Positions 37,123 to 47,200 of a stretch of 64,000 nt of DNA are shown here, one piece after another. The stretch is taken from NCBI GenBank assembly GCA_046597065.1, contig JBKJLI010000002.1:116071-180070 (forward strand). The letters run 5' to 3'. The notes under the pieces were generated by a model, which saw only the letters and a list, made by a program, of their open reading frames with translations, was not told the DNA's origin and made no database searches. Numbering within the stretch: the first letter of the stretch is position 1; every line of letters begins with the position of its first letter. A program made the translations under genes and the position numbers. This DNA is from Candidatus Saccharimonadia bacterium (GTDB taxonomy: Bacteria; Patescibacteriota; Saccharimonadia; UBA4664; SCTI01).

Positions 37123-38058
37123 GTGAATATTATCGAAGTCCGCAATTTACGTAAGCGCTATAAGAAGGCAGATACCGACGCCGTTAAAAACATCTCTTTT
37201 GATGTTAAAGAGGGTGAGTTTTTTGCTTTTTTGGGTCCAAACGGTGCCGGCAAAACCACTACTATTTCAATTTTGACTACCACGCTAACTAAGACAGCTG
37301 GCAGTGTCAAAATCGCCGGTTTTGATTTGGATGCCGACCAAGATGAGGTCCGCCGCAACATTGGAATTATTTTTCAAAGCCCCAGTTTAGATCTGAACCT
37401 CAGTGGCGAAGAAAACATTCGTTTTCACGCCTCGTTATATGGCGTTTACGGTTTTCGCCCAAGTATAAAACTAATGCCTAAGGATTACAAAAAACGAATT
37501 GGTGAGCTGGCTGCAATTCTAGATATGAAAGATGAAATCTACAAACCGGTTAAAACCTACTCTGGCGGAATGAAGCGAAAACTCGAGATTGTACGTAGCT
37601 TGATTCACCAACCAAAAATACTGTTTTTAGATGAGCCAACTACTGGACTCGATCCCATCAGTCGTAAAAATTTGTGGGAATATATTGACGGTGTACGAAA
37701 AGAGTTTGGAACTACCGTTTTCTTAACCACCCACTATTTGGATGAAGCCGAGGGTGCCGACACCGTAAGTATCATTAACCATGGCAAGATTGTGGTGCAG
37801 GGCCCGCCCGCCAAAATTAAAGAAGATCTTATCAACGAGTATCTTGTTATTGATAGCAAGGAACGCGAAAGCCTCGAAAAAGAGCTAAAGTCCAAGCGGC
37901 TTAAGGTCGAAAATCGCGATGAACTTTGGGTTCAGACCAACGGCAAAAACTTACAGCAGTTGATTGCGGGCATCCAAACTCCGCTAACTAGCTTGCGAAC
38001 CGTTACTCCAACATTAGAGCAAGCTTACGTCGACATAATTGGGGAGCAGGAAGACTAA
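37123..38058 (+). CDS. ABC transporter ATP-binding protein (ABC-2 exporter type)
   Basis: 311 aa with a GTG start. Walker A GPNGAGKTT, signature YSGGMKRKL and Walker B ILFLDEPT. Confidence 0.85.
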   Translation: MNIIEVRNLRKRYKKADTDAVKNISFDVKEGEFFAFLGPNGAGKTTTISILTTTLTKTAGSVKIAGFDLDADQDEVRRNIGIIFQSPSLDLNLSGEENIRFHASLYGVYGFRPSIKLMPKDYKKRIGELAAILDMKDEIYKPVKTYSGGMKRKLEIVRSLIHQPKILFLDEPTTGLDPISRKNLWEYIDGVRKEFGTTVFLTTHYLDEAEGADTVSIINHGKIVVQGPPAKIKEDLINEYLVIDSKERESLEKELKSKRLKVENRDELWVQTNGKNLQQLIAGIQTPLTSLRTVTPTLEQAYVDIIGEQED

Positions 38059-38840
38059 TGAATAGCCAAATCCGCAACCTTAATGCCCTACTTGCTATTT
38101 CATATGGTTCATTTATGCGCTTTATAAAAGATCGACCGCGGGTAATATCGAGCTTGGTTTTCCCAGCAGTAACTATAGGAATTCTGGGCGGAGGAATTGG
38201 CGCTAACATAAAAGGGTATGACTTTATCACCTTTGTGTTCGTCGGAACGGTTGCCAACACCTTGTTTCAAACTACCGCTCAAGGACTTCTAAACCTGGTT
38301 ATCGATCGTGAATCAGGCTTAACCCAAGAACTTTACGTTGCACCGGTATCGCGTGGCATCATCTTTTTGGGCAAGATTTTAGGTGAGGGTGCCGCAGCCT
38401 ATATTCAGGTGTTAGGGGTAATCGCAATTGCTATAATCATGGGCGCAAATGTGACTTCGACTCAGTTAATTCTGAGTATCGTGGCCGGTATCCCAATCGC
38501 GTTGCTGGGAGGCGCCTTTGGAATTGTGTTGATCGCACTGGCCAACAGCCAACAGGCGGCCAACGCATTATTCCCAGTTCTGATTTTGCCGCAGTTTTTC
38601 TTGGCGGGAGTCTTTAACCCTATCAAAAATTTAACTGGACTACTTAATATTCTTAGTCATATAACGCCTTTAAGGTACGCCGTCGATTTTCAGCGTGGTA
38701 TATTTTATCGTGGCTTACCCGAGTACGATTCAGTGGTATTAATGAGTCCTTGGAAGAACCTAATCGTGATTATCGGCTTTTTTATGTTATTCCTGATTGG
38801 CGGTGGCTATATGTACTTGCGCCGCGAACGTAACCGCTAA
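38058..38840 (+). CDS. ABC-2 family transporter permease
   Basis: 260 aa, 6 TM. It overlaps the ATPase stop (TAATG). Confidence 0.7.
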   Translation: MNSQIRNLNALLAISYGSFMRFIKDRPRVISSLVFPAVTIGILGGGIGANIKGYDFITFVFVGTVANTLFQTTAQGLLNLVIDRESGLTQELYVAPVSRGIIFLGKILGEGAAAYIQVLGVIAIAIIMGANVTSTQLILSIVAGIPIALLGGAFGIVLIALANSQQAANALFPVLILPQFFLAGVFNPIKNLTGLLNILSHITPLRYAVDFQRGIFYRGLPEYDSVVLMSPWKNLIVIIGFFMLFLIGGGYMYLRRERNR

Positions 38841-38899
38841 AATTAGTTTGCATAATATCCAGCTTTGCTCCAGGTTGGTTGAGCCGTTACAATAGAAGC

Positions 38900-39187
38900 A
38901 TGTCTAAGATATCTGCAGATGAGGTTCGGCGCATTGCCGAGCTAGCCCAAATTGGCTTAAGCGACGCAGAGGTTGCTAGTTTTAGTACCGATCTCAGTCA
39001 AATCATCGGGTTTGTTGAACAGCTTGAAGCCGTCGACGTTAAGGGTGTTGAGCCAACCGATCAGGTAACCGGCTTGGTTGATATTTGGCGTGAGGATAAG
39101 GTTGAACCGGGCTTGAGCTTAGAGGATTTAAAGCTGAATGCTCCCGATTGGAGTGATGATCAGTTTAAGGTTAAGCGCGTTTTATGA
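38900..39187 (+). CDS. gatC: Asp-tRNA(Asn)/Glu-tRNA(Gln) amidotransferase subunit C
   Basis: MSKISADEVRRIAELAQIGLSDAEV...FVEQLEAVDVKGVEPT is the GatC family pattern. The upstream TTG at 38879 is possible but less likely. Confidence 0.8.
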   Translation: MSKISADEVRRIAELAQIGLSDAEVASFSTDLSQIIGFVEQLEAVDVKGVEPTDQVTGLVDIWREDKVEPGLSLEDLKLNAPDWSDDQFKVKRVL

Positions 39188-40605
39188 GTGTTAATTTAAG
39201 ACGTCCGATAGCTGATTTGGTGGCAGAGGTTCAGGCCGGTAAACTGACAGCGGTCGAGCTGGTAGAAGCTAGCTTAGCGGCGATTAAATCTGATGATCAC
39301 CATGCCGTGCTAGAGGTTAACCCAGAAGCATTAGGTCAGGCTAAAAAGATTGATGCCGGGAATAAAAAAGGACGGCTTGCTGGGATCCCGTTTGTAGCCA
39401 AGAACAATTTCTTGACCAACCATACTCACACAACCGCTAGCAGTAATATATTGGAGCCGTTTAGAGCACCATATCAATCAACGGCAATCGAAAAGCTGGA
39501 GGCCGAAGGAGCAATTATGGTTGGTAAAGCCAACATGGACGCTTTTGCCCATGGCTCATCAACCGAAAACAGTGATTTTGGACCAACTAAAAATCCAGTT
39601 GATAGTAGTTTTTCTCCCGGCGGTTCTTCGGGTGGTTCCGCTGCTGCCGTTCGCCTAGGTCTGGCTTGTTTTGCGCTTGGTACCGATACGGGGGGCTCGA
39701 TTAGACAGCCAGCGGCCTTCAGTGGCGTAGTTGGCCTAAAACCTACCTACGGGCTAGTGTCGCGCTACGGGGTGGTAGCCATGGGCAGCTCGGTGGATGT
39801 GATTGGCCCCCTCGCTAATCGAGTGGGTGATGTAGCCTTAGTACTGGATGTAATGGCCGGTCGAGATTCTAAGGATGCCACTACTATTGAGCGCGAAAAG
39901 GAATCGTATGTTGATCTAGATAGTGGGTTGAGGGGCAAAAAAATCGGCGTTGTTAAGGAATACCTTGGCGAGGGCATCAGCGGTGAGGTGAAAGACTCGG
40001 TGATTCAGGCCATTGAGCAGATGAAGCAGGCCGGGGCCGAGGTAGAGGAGATTAGTTTGCCGGCGGTAACGCTGGCGCTGGCCAGTTACTACATTTTAGT
40101 ACCGGCCGAGATTAGCTCTAACCTGGCGCGTTATGATGGTATTCGCTTTGGCCACAGTGCCACAAATGCCAAGACGCTGGCAGAGACCTATTTGATGAGC
40201 CGCGATCAGGGCTTTGGAGCTGAGGCTAAGCGTCGGATTATGGTCGGGACTTATGTGCTGTCGAGCGGCTACTATGATGCCTACTACAAAAAGGCCCAGC
40301 AAGTCAGAACGCTGATCATCCAGCAGTTTAACGTAGCCTTTAAAAAGTTTAACTTGTTGCTGGGCCCAACCACACCGACCACGGCTTTTAAGCTGGGTGA
40401 AAAAAATCTGGATCCGTTGGCAATGTATTTGGCTGATGTTAATACCGTTGCGCTCAACTTAGTGGGCGCTTGCGGTATCAGCATACCGATAGCAGAGGCT
40501 GGGGGCCTACCGGTTGGGCTGCAACTTATGGCTGCTCAGCGTGGCGAGCGCGAATTGTTGGGTGCTGCGGCTGCAGTTGAGGAGTTGGCGGGGAGCGCAA
40601 TATGA
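39184..40605 (+). CDS. gatA: Glutamyl-tRNA(Gln) amidotransferase subunit A
   Basis: 473 aa. Amidase signature GGSSGGSAAAV and the Ser-cisSer-Lys triad context. Confidence 0.95.
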   Translation: MSVNLRRPIADLVAEVQAGKLTAVELVEASLAAIKSDDHHAVLEVNPEALGQAKKIDAGNKKGRLAGIPFVAKNNFLTNHTHTTASSNILEPFRAPYQSTAIEKLEAEGAIMVGKANMDAFAHGSSTENSDFGPTKNPVDSSFSPGGSSGGSAAAVRLGLACFALGTDTGGSIRQPAAFSGVVGLKPTYGLVSRYGVVAMGSSVDVIGPLANRVGDVALVLDVMAGRDSKDATTIEREKESYVDLDSGLRGKKIGVVKEYLGEGISGEVKDSVIQAIEQMKQAGAEVEEISLPAVTLALASYYILVPAEISSNLARYDGIRFGHSATNAKTLAETYLMSRDQGFGAEAKRRIMVGTYVLSSGYYDAYYKKAQQVRTLIIQQFNVAFKKFNLLLGPTTPTTAFKLGEKNLDPLAMYLADVNTVALNLVGACGISIPIAEAGGLPVGLQLMAAQRGERELLGAAAAVEELAGSAI

Positions 40606-41033
40606 TTTGGTACTTGGTGATAATTTTAGCGGCAGGGTTGTTGATACTTGCGGTGATGATGCGGCCACAATCCAGCACCAAGAGGAAGCATGGAAGCAAT
40701 CGTACGGGCGTGATGGACCGCGAGTTTGTGGCTCGAAAGTGGGCGGACATAGAGTTGATGGTTGCGGGTCGTGGCGGAAGTTTGCGCGACGCCGTTAGCG
40801 AAGCCGACAAACTGCTGGATTACGCCTTAAAGCACTCGGGAGTTTCGGGTGCAACCATGGGCGAGCGCCTAAAAAACTCGCGGGGTCGCTTTAGTAATCT
40901 CGATGAGATTTGGAACGCCCACAAATTGCGCAATGCCCTAGCCCACGAGGCTGATTTTGACCTAGTAGCGACACAGGCTAAGCAGGCCGTCGACCAGTTA
41001 AAGCAAGGTCTAAAAGATTTGGGTGCACTATGA
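40602..41033 (+). CDS. Hypothetical membrane-anchored protein inserted between gatA and gatB (HEPN-like R-x4-HE motif)
   Basis: 143 aa. An N-terminal TM helix and a C-terminal helical region with ...WNAHKLRNALAHEADF... It is translationally coupled on both sides (ATGA overlaps). Confidence 0.5.
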   Translation: MIWYLVIILAAGLLILAVMMRPQSSTKRKHGSNRTGVMDREFVARKWADIELMVAGRGGSLRDAVSEADKLLDYALKHSGVSGATMGERLKNSRGRFSNLDEIWNAHKLRNALAHEADFDLVATQAKQAVDQLKQGLKDLGAL

Positions 41034-42475
41034 GCAAGTATGAGATTGTTATAGGCATCGAGACTCACGTGCAGCTGGCCACTAAAAGCAAACTGTTCTG
41101 TGGCTGTAATAATGATTCGCGAACGGCAACGCCAAACGCTCACGTTTGCCCAGTTTGCGCCGGTTTCCCGGGCGCGTTGCCGGTGCTAAATCATCGGGCG
41201 GTCGAACTATCGCTAATAGCTGGCCAAGCCTTAAATGCTTATGAAAATACAAAACCGTTTAAGTCTAAGTTTGACCGTAAAAATTACTTTTACCCCGATA
41301 GTCCAATGAATTATCAGATTACCCAGTTTGATCAGCCAATTGTGGGCAGAGGATTCGTGGAATTGCCGGGTGGCAAGAAAGTGGGTGTAACTCGAGCTCA
41401 CTTGGAAGCAGATGCCGGCAAGTTAACTCATCCTGATGGCAAAAATTATTCGCTTGTCGATTTAAATCGGGCCGGCACACCCCTGCTCGAGATTGTGTCA
41501 GAGCCAGATATGCGCAGCGCGGGTGAGGCTAAAAGCTATGCCCATGAACTGCACAACCTGATGCGCTATGCCGCTGTCAGCGATGCAAACCTTTACTATG
41601 GCAACATGCGCTTTGACGTTAATGTTAGCCTGCGGCCAGCGGGAAGTAACCAGTTAGGCACCCGTACCGAAACCAAAAATCTTAACTCTTTTAAGGCGGT
41701 GGCCGGCGCGGTTGAGTTTGAGGCCAGACGTCAAGTGGTAGTTTTGGATAAGGGCGAAAAGGTAATACAAGAAACCCGCGGCTGGGATGATGCCAAGAAC
41801 TGTACTTTTTCGCAGCGCAGTAAGGAAGAAGCGCACGATTATCGCTATTTTCCTGAACCAGATCTACCGCCATTAGAAATAACGGCAGCAATGTTAGAAC
41901 GGGCGCGTAAGGACTTTCCTAAAGATCGCCATCCAACTTATATTCGCAGTCAAATGATCGGACATGGGTTGGATAAAAGCATCGTTGAAACGCTAATAAG
42001 TGAACCAATGCTAGCCTTTTTGTATCTAGATTCTATTAAAGGCGATCATAAAGGTTATCATCGCCGCATCTCCAACTGGTTAACAGGTGAAGTCAGGTCG
42101 ATAATGCAGTCTGAGCCAACCGGGCCAATCGAAAACCTTTCGTCTGATCGTTTAGTAGAGCTAGCCGAGATGGTTGAAAATGATGAACTAAGTAGCACAG
42201 CCGCTAAAGAGGTTTTGCTTGAAGTAATTAGAACCGGTCGCGAGCCACGGCATTTGGCTAAGCAAAAAAACCTCATTCAAGTTTCTGACAAAGGGGAAAT
42301 TGAAAAAATCATCCATGCGGTAATCGCGGCAAACCCAGGGCCGGTAGCTCAGTATCGAACTGGCGAGCAAAAGGTGCTAGGATTTTTAGTAGGACAGGTT
42401 ATGCAAAGCAGCCGCGGCCAAGCCAACCCGCCAGTTGTTAATCAGATTTTGAAACGCATTCTAGAGGATAAATAG
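41030..42475 (+). CDS. gatB: Aspartyl/glutamyl-tRNA(Asn/Gln) amidotransferase subunit B
   Basis: 481 aa. GatB N-terminal catalytic fold (…CGCNNDS…VCPVCAGFPG) and a C-terminal YqeY-like tail. Confidence 0.95.
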   Translation: MSKYEIVIGIETHVQLATKSKLFCGCNNDSRTATPNAHVCPVCAGFPGALPVLNHRAVELSLIAGQALNAYENTKPFKSKFDRKNYFYPDSPMNYQITQFDQPIVGRGFVELPGGKKVGVTRAHLEADAGKLTHPDGKNYSLVDLNRAGTPLLEIVSEPDMRSAGEAKSYAHELHNLMRYAAVSDANLYYGNMRFDVNVSLRPAGSNQLGTRTETKNLNSFKAVAGAVEFEARRQVVVLDKGEKVIQETRGWDDAKNCTFSQRSKEEAHDYRYFPEPDLPPLEITAAMLERARKDFPKDRHPTYIRSQMIGHGLDKSIVETLISEPMLAFLYLDSIKGDHKGYHRRISNWLTGEVRSIMQSEPTGPIENLSSDRLVELAEMVENDELSSTAAKEVLLEVIRTGREPRHLAKQKNLIQVSDKGEIEKIIHAVIAANPGPVAQYRTGEQKVLGFLVGQVMQSSRGQANPPVVNQILKRILEDK

Positions 42476-43039
42476 GTGAATACCCCCGACATTACAAGTA
42501 TTTTTACCCAGCTAACACTGGATTTAAATTCAATTCTTCCAAAAATCCCGGTGGCCATTATCACCACCTTAGTGGGTATCGTTATCATTCGAGTGATATC
42601 GTGGGTTTCTGCATGGGTGTTAGGGCTTGCCAAAATGCCACGTGGTTTAAGGTCAATTTTGATCTCAATAATCGATGTTTTGTTAGCCATCTTTTTAATT
42701 ATCGTGGTCTTACAGTCTTTGGGCTTAAACAACTTAGCGTTGATCATATCGGCCGCATTAGCAGGAATGGGCATCGCCTTTGGCAATGGCACGGTTAGCT
42801 TGGTGGCCGATGTTGTGTCTGGAATTAGCTTGGCAAACGACAAGAACTTCTCGGTTGGAGATATTGTGATTGTTGGCAAGGATGCCAATCGGGTGCAGGG
42901 TGAGGTTGTAAGCATGGACATGCGGCGTACTCGTGTTAAAACTGTCAAAGGTCATATTTACAGCTACCCGAACATAGCGATTGAGCGGGATGCTTTTGTG
43001 CTAATTGCCAAAAAACGCGACCGCAAGCCAACTATCTAA
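42476..43039 (+). CDS. Small MscS-family mechanosensitive channel
   Basis: 187 aa with a GTG start. TM helices, then LANDKNFSVGDIVIVGKDANRVQGEVVSMDMRRTRVKTVKGHIYSYPNIAI, the MscS beta-domain signature. Confidence 0.7.
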   Translation: MNTPDITSIFTQLTLDLNSILPKIPVAIITTLVGIVIIRVISWVSAWVLGLAKMPRGLRSILISIIDVLLAIFLIIVVLQSLGLNNLALIISAALAGMGIAFGNGTVSLVADVVSGISLANDKNFSVGDIVIVGKDANRVQGEVVSMDMRRTRVKTVKGHIYSYPNIAIERDAFVLIAKKRDRKPTI

Positions 43040-43101
43040 ACGCCAAAGCTTGCGCCATGTGCTCGAGCGATCGATAATAGAGAAATAAACAGCGGGCAAG
43101 A

Positions 43102-43392
43102 ATGGATTCAAATCAAATTCAAACAATCTTAGTAGTGCTACTATCGGTCGGCTTTTTAATGCTGCTGGCTCTAGGTATTGCGATGTCTTACATCATGATT
43201 AAGATATTAATGAACTTACGACGTTTAACCCAGCGGCTAGATGAAACTACTGAAAACGTCGGTGAGATGGCTAAATATATCGGTAAAAAAGTTGGTCCAG
43301 CGGCAGCCTCGGCGGTAGCATCGGTAATTTTTAGACGAGCTAAGTCAGGATTTAAAAGGGGTAGAAAGGAAAAAGATAATGGGGAGGAATAA
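43102..43392 (+). CDS. DUF948-like small membrane protein (general-stress YtxG-like)
   Basis: 96 aa. An N-terminal TM helix and a coiled-coil (LRRLTQRLDETTENVGEMAKYIGKK). Confidence 0.45.
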   Translation: MDSNQIQTILVVLLSVGFLMLLALGIAMSYIMIKILMNLRRLTQRLDETTENVGEMAKYIGKKVGPAAASAVASVIFRRAKSGFKRGRKEKDNGEE

Positions 43393-43882
43393 TGAAGTGA
43401 AGAAACATACCAAAGGGTTTGTTAAGGGAACCTTAATTGGGGCGGCCATTGGCAGCCTGGCAGCACTACTACTAGCACCCAAAAGCGGAAAAGAGACTCA
43501 AGCCGACATTAAGGCCAAGGCGCGCAAGGTAGTAAAGGATGTTGATCAACGGGTAACCGATTTACAATCAGAGCTTGATGGTCGAATTGATGAGTTTAAA
43601 GTAGTCGCCAAAGATTTACGAGGTGAAGCATATGAAGAGAGCCAAAAATTGGTAACTAAGGCCGAGCTGTTAAAGCAGGACCTACAGGACTCGGCTGGCA
43701 AGATTGGTAAAGCCGGCAAGTCGGTTAAAGACGATGCCGTGATTGACGCTAAGCGTCTGGTTAGCGAGGGCTCGGCTGTTATTAGCGAGTTAGAGCGAGC
43801 GACCAAAAAGATTATACGTTCGGCGCAGGATAAGGTTAAAGAACAAGGAGAGCGTCAGGGCGGCGATGACGATCAAGAATAG
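43379..43882 (+). CDS. YtxH-like protein
   Basis: FVKGTLIGAAIGSLAALLLAPKSGKETQADIK is the hallmark YtxH N-terminal motif, followed by a long charged coiled-coil. The start is ambiguous (ATG 43379 vs GTG 43397 with a GGGGAGG SD). Confidence 0.6.
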   Translation: MGRNNEVKKHTKGFVKGTLIGAAIGSLAALLLAPKSGKETQADIKAKARKVVKDVDQRVTDLQSELDGRIDEFKVVAKDLRGEAYEESQKLVTKAELLKQDLQDSAGKIGKAGKSVKDDAVIDAKRLVSEGSAVISELERATKKIIRSAQDKVKEQGERQGGDDDQE

Positions 43883-44135
43883 CCCAACGGCAGAAGATTA
43901 TGAGCGATTGGGCCGGGCGATAGAAGCGGCATTGATTGATGACTATATCGACTTGCTTGGAAATACGCGACGTCAGGTACGCGGTGCATTTGTAAGGGGA
44001 TTGTTCACTGGCTTAGGCACTGTGCTGGGAGCAACACTGATCGTGGCATTCATTGTGTGGCTGCTACACCTATTGGGTGGCCTACCAGTCGTCGGTCAAT
44101 ACCTCCAAGGCGCCAGCGACACTATCGTTAAGTAA
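43866..44135 (+). CDS. Hypothetical small membrane protein (89 aa)
   Basis: A C-terminal TM helix. It overlaps the YtxH-like stop. Confidence 0.4.
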   Translation: MTIKNSPTAEDYERLGRAIEAALIDDYIDLLGNTRRQVRGAFVRGLFTGLGTVLGATLIVAFIVWLLHLLGGLPVVGQYLQGASDTIVK

Positions 44136-44210
44136 CTTAATCAAACCGGAGTTGCGGGCTGCACAGGCCTTAGCGCTTATGCTAAAATTGAGCCAGTAAA
44201 GGGGACCGGT

Positions 44211-47200
44211 GTGAGTCAAACTACTAAGGACGCGGCGGCAAAAACGGCCACCGCGGCCAATTTCGTTCATTTGCATACGCACACACATTACAGCTTGCTG
44301 GATGGGCTGCAAAAAGTACCTCAGCTACTCGACCGTGTGAAAGAGCTGGGCATGAACGCCGTGGCGCTGACCGATCATGGAACGCTAACCGGTGCCATCG
44401 AGTTTTATAACGAAGCTAAAAAGCGCGACATAAAGCCAATTATTGGTCTTGAGGCCTATGTGGCTCCTCGCGGAATGGGTGACAAAACCGGCAAGGTGGA
44501 TGCCAACCCTTACCATTTAATTTTGCTAGCCAAGAATTTGACTGGCTATCACAATTTAATGAAATTATCGACAAGAGCCCACTTGGACGGCTTTTACTAC
44601 AAACCGCGGGTTGATCGCGAGCTTTTAGCCGAGCTCAAAGAGGGTCTTATTGTGTTGTCTGGTTGTGCTTCCGGTGAGGTGGCAAAGCATATCTTAAACG
44701 GATCATTGGATGAAGCCCAAGCCACCATTGAATGGTATCGTGACACTTTTGGTAAAGATAATTATTATCTGGAACTTCAAGATCATGAAGAATGGGAACC
44801 CCAGATTCGGATTAACCAGGGCTTAATCAAGTTGAGTAAAGCAACCGGCGTGCCACTAGTTGTAACCAGCGATAGCCACTACACTAAACGCGACGATCGT
44901 GAAGCTCATGAGGTGCTACTGTGCGTTCAGACCGGAAAGACGATTGGCGACACCGATCGCATGGAAATGGATATGGCGCTATATGTATCGAGCGCAGATG
45001 AAGTGGCAGAGCGTTGGAAGGAGTATCCCGAAGCAGTCGCTAACTCGCTTAAAATCGCAGATGCCTGTGACATTAAACTCGTCATGGACCGCATTTTGAT
45101 TCCGCGCTTTCCAACCCCCGAGGGCAAACAGGAGTCGGGCTATCTGCGTGAGCTCTGCTGGCAGGGATTAATGTGGCGTTATGGGGATATACCTAAAGAA
45201 GATATGCATACTGCCTCGGAGGAGCGGGCGCGCAAAGAGCTGCCGGCTGCGGTAGTAGAGCGGGCCGATTTTGAGCTAGGAGTCATCGGCAAAATGAAGT
45301 ACGAAGGCTATTTCTTAATCGTGGCGGATTTTGTTAACTGGGGCAAAAACCAAGGTATCATTTTTGGTCCCGGTCGTGGTTCAGCTGCTGGTGCCATTAT
45401 TGCCTATGCTCTTAATATCACCGATCTCGATCCCTTAAAGTACGACCTACTATTCGAACGTTTTTTAAACCCAGACCGCATTAGCATGCCGGATATTGAC
45501 ATCGACATCCAAGATACCCGTCGTGATGAGGTTATTGCCTACGTGACCGAAAAATACGGTCAGGATCAGGTAGCTCAGATAATTACCTTTGGGACCATGG
45601 CCGCCCGAAACGCCGTACGCGATACAGGACGAGCGTTGGGCATGAGTTATGCCGAAGTTGATGCTATAGCAAAACTTGTGCCCCAGCCGGTGCAGGGCCG
45701 CCACGTTCCGTTGAGCATCGCCGCCGGGTTAAAGCCAGCCAAAGGCGATTTGCGACCGGCGCCGGAACTTGTAGCCGAATATCAGGCAAACCCACGAGCT
45801 AAGAACCTGATTGATCTGGCCTGTAAGCTCGAGGGTACGATTCGTTCAAACAGTGTACATGCCGCCGGCGTGGTGATTGCACCCGATGCCATCGTTAACT
45901 ACACACCGCTGCAGCGTGCCCAAAAAGGCGGCATTTGCACCCAGTACTCGATGAACCCGATCGAGCAACTGGGGTTACTCAAAATGGACTTTTTAGGTCT
46001 TTCAAACTTAACGATAATTAAAAATACACTGCGCGTAATTAAGCGGGTGCATGGCGTTTCAATCGACATCGCCGACATTCCGCTTGATGACACTAAGACT
46101 TACGAGTTGTTTACACGCGGCGACACCACGGGGGTTTTCCAGTTGGAATCAGCTGGAATGAAGCGGTACTTACGTGCGCTTAAGCCCACCAAGTTTGATG
46201 ATATTGTAGCGATGGTGGCGCTGTATCGTCCTGGCCCAATGCAGTTTATTGATGACTTTATCGAGCGTAAGCATGGTCGCCGACGGGTTAGTTTTGAGCA
46301 CTCCGGCATGGAAGCGGCGCTAAGCGAAACCTATGGCATCTTGGTTTACCAAGAGCAGTTCATGCAAATCAGCAAGGACATGTGCGGGTTTACGGGAGGC
46401 CAGGCCGACACGCTGCGAAAGGCCATCGGCAAAAAGCAGCGCGACACCATGGCCAAAATGAAGACGGCTTTTATTGATGGTATGGTGGATCATTCCAAAG
46501 TAGAGCGTCATTTTGCCGAAACCTTTTGGGGCCAGCTTGAAGCTTTTGCAGACTACTGTTTTAACAAATCTCACTCCGCCTGCTACGCCCTGATAGCGGT
46601 TCAGACTGCTTATTTAAAGGCCAACTATCCTGCGGCTTTTATGGCGGCATTAATGACCAGCAACTATGACAACATCGACAAGATTTCGATGGAGGTTAGC
46701 GAGTGCCAACGTATGGGTATAAAGGTGCTCCCTCCTGACGTAAATGAGAGCTTTTTAGAGTTTAGTGTGCTGCCTGAAAGTGGCGATATCCGCTTTGGCC
46801 TGAGTGCCATCAAAAACGTTGGCACAGGGGCGATAGAAGCAGTGTTGTTGGCTCGCGAAACCGGCGGGCCGTTTTTTGGAGTTGAGGATTTTGCTAAGCG
46901 GGTAAACGCCGGAGAGGTAAACCGCAAAGTCTGGGAAGCTTTAATTAAAACCGGCGCGATGGATCGTTTTGGGGAGCGTTGGCAGCTGCTTTTTAACCTT
47001 GACACCATTACCTCATATGCATCAAAGGCCCAAAAGAATGCTCTTAGCGGTCAAATCGATATTTTTGGCTCGATGGGAGTGGAGGATGCTTTGCCGGGTA
47101 TTCGGATGGAGCACCCACCAACCGCGCCAGATCCACGCGAACAGCTTACCTGGGAACGTGAGCTACTAGGGCTGTATCTGTCGCATCACCCCCTAGATGA

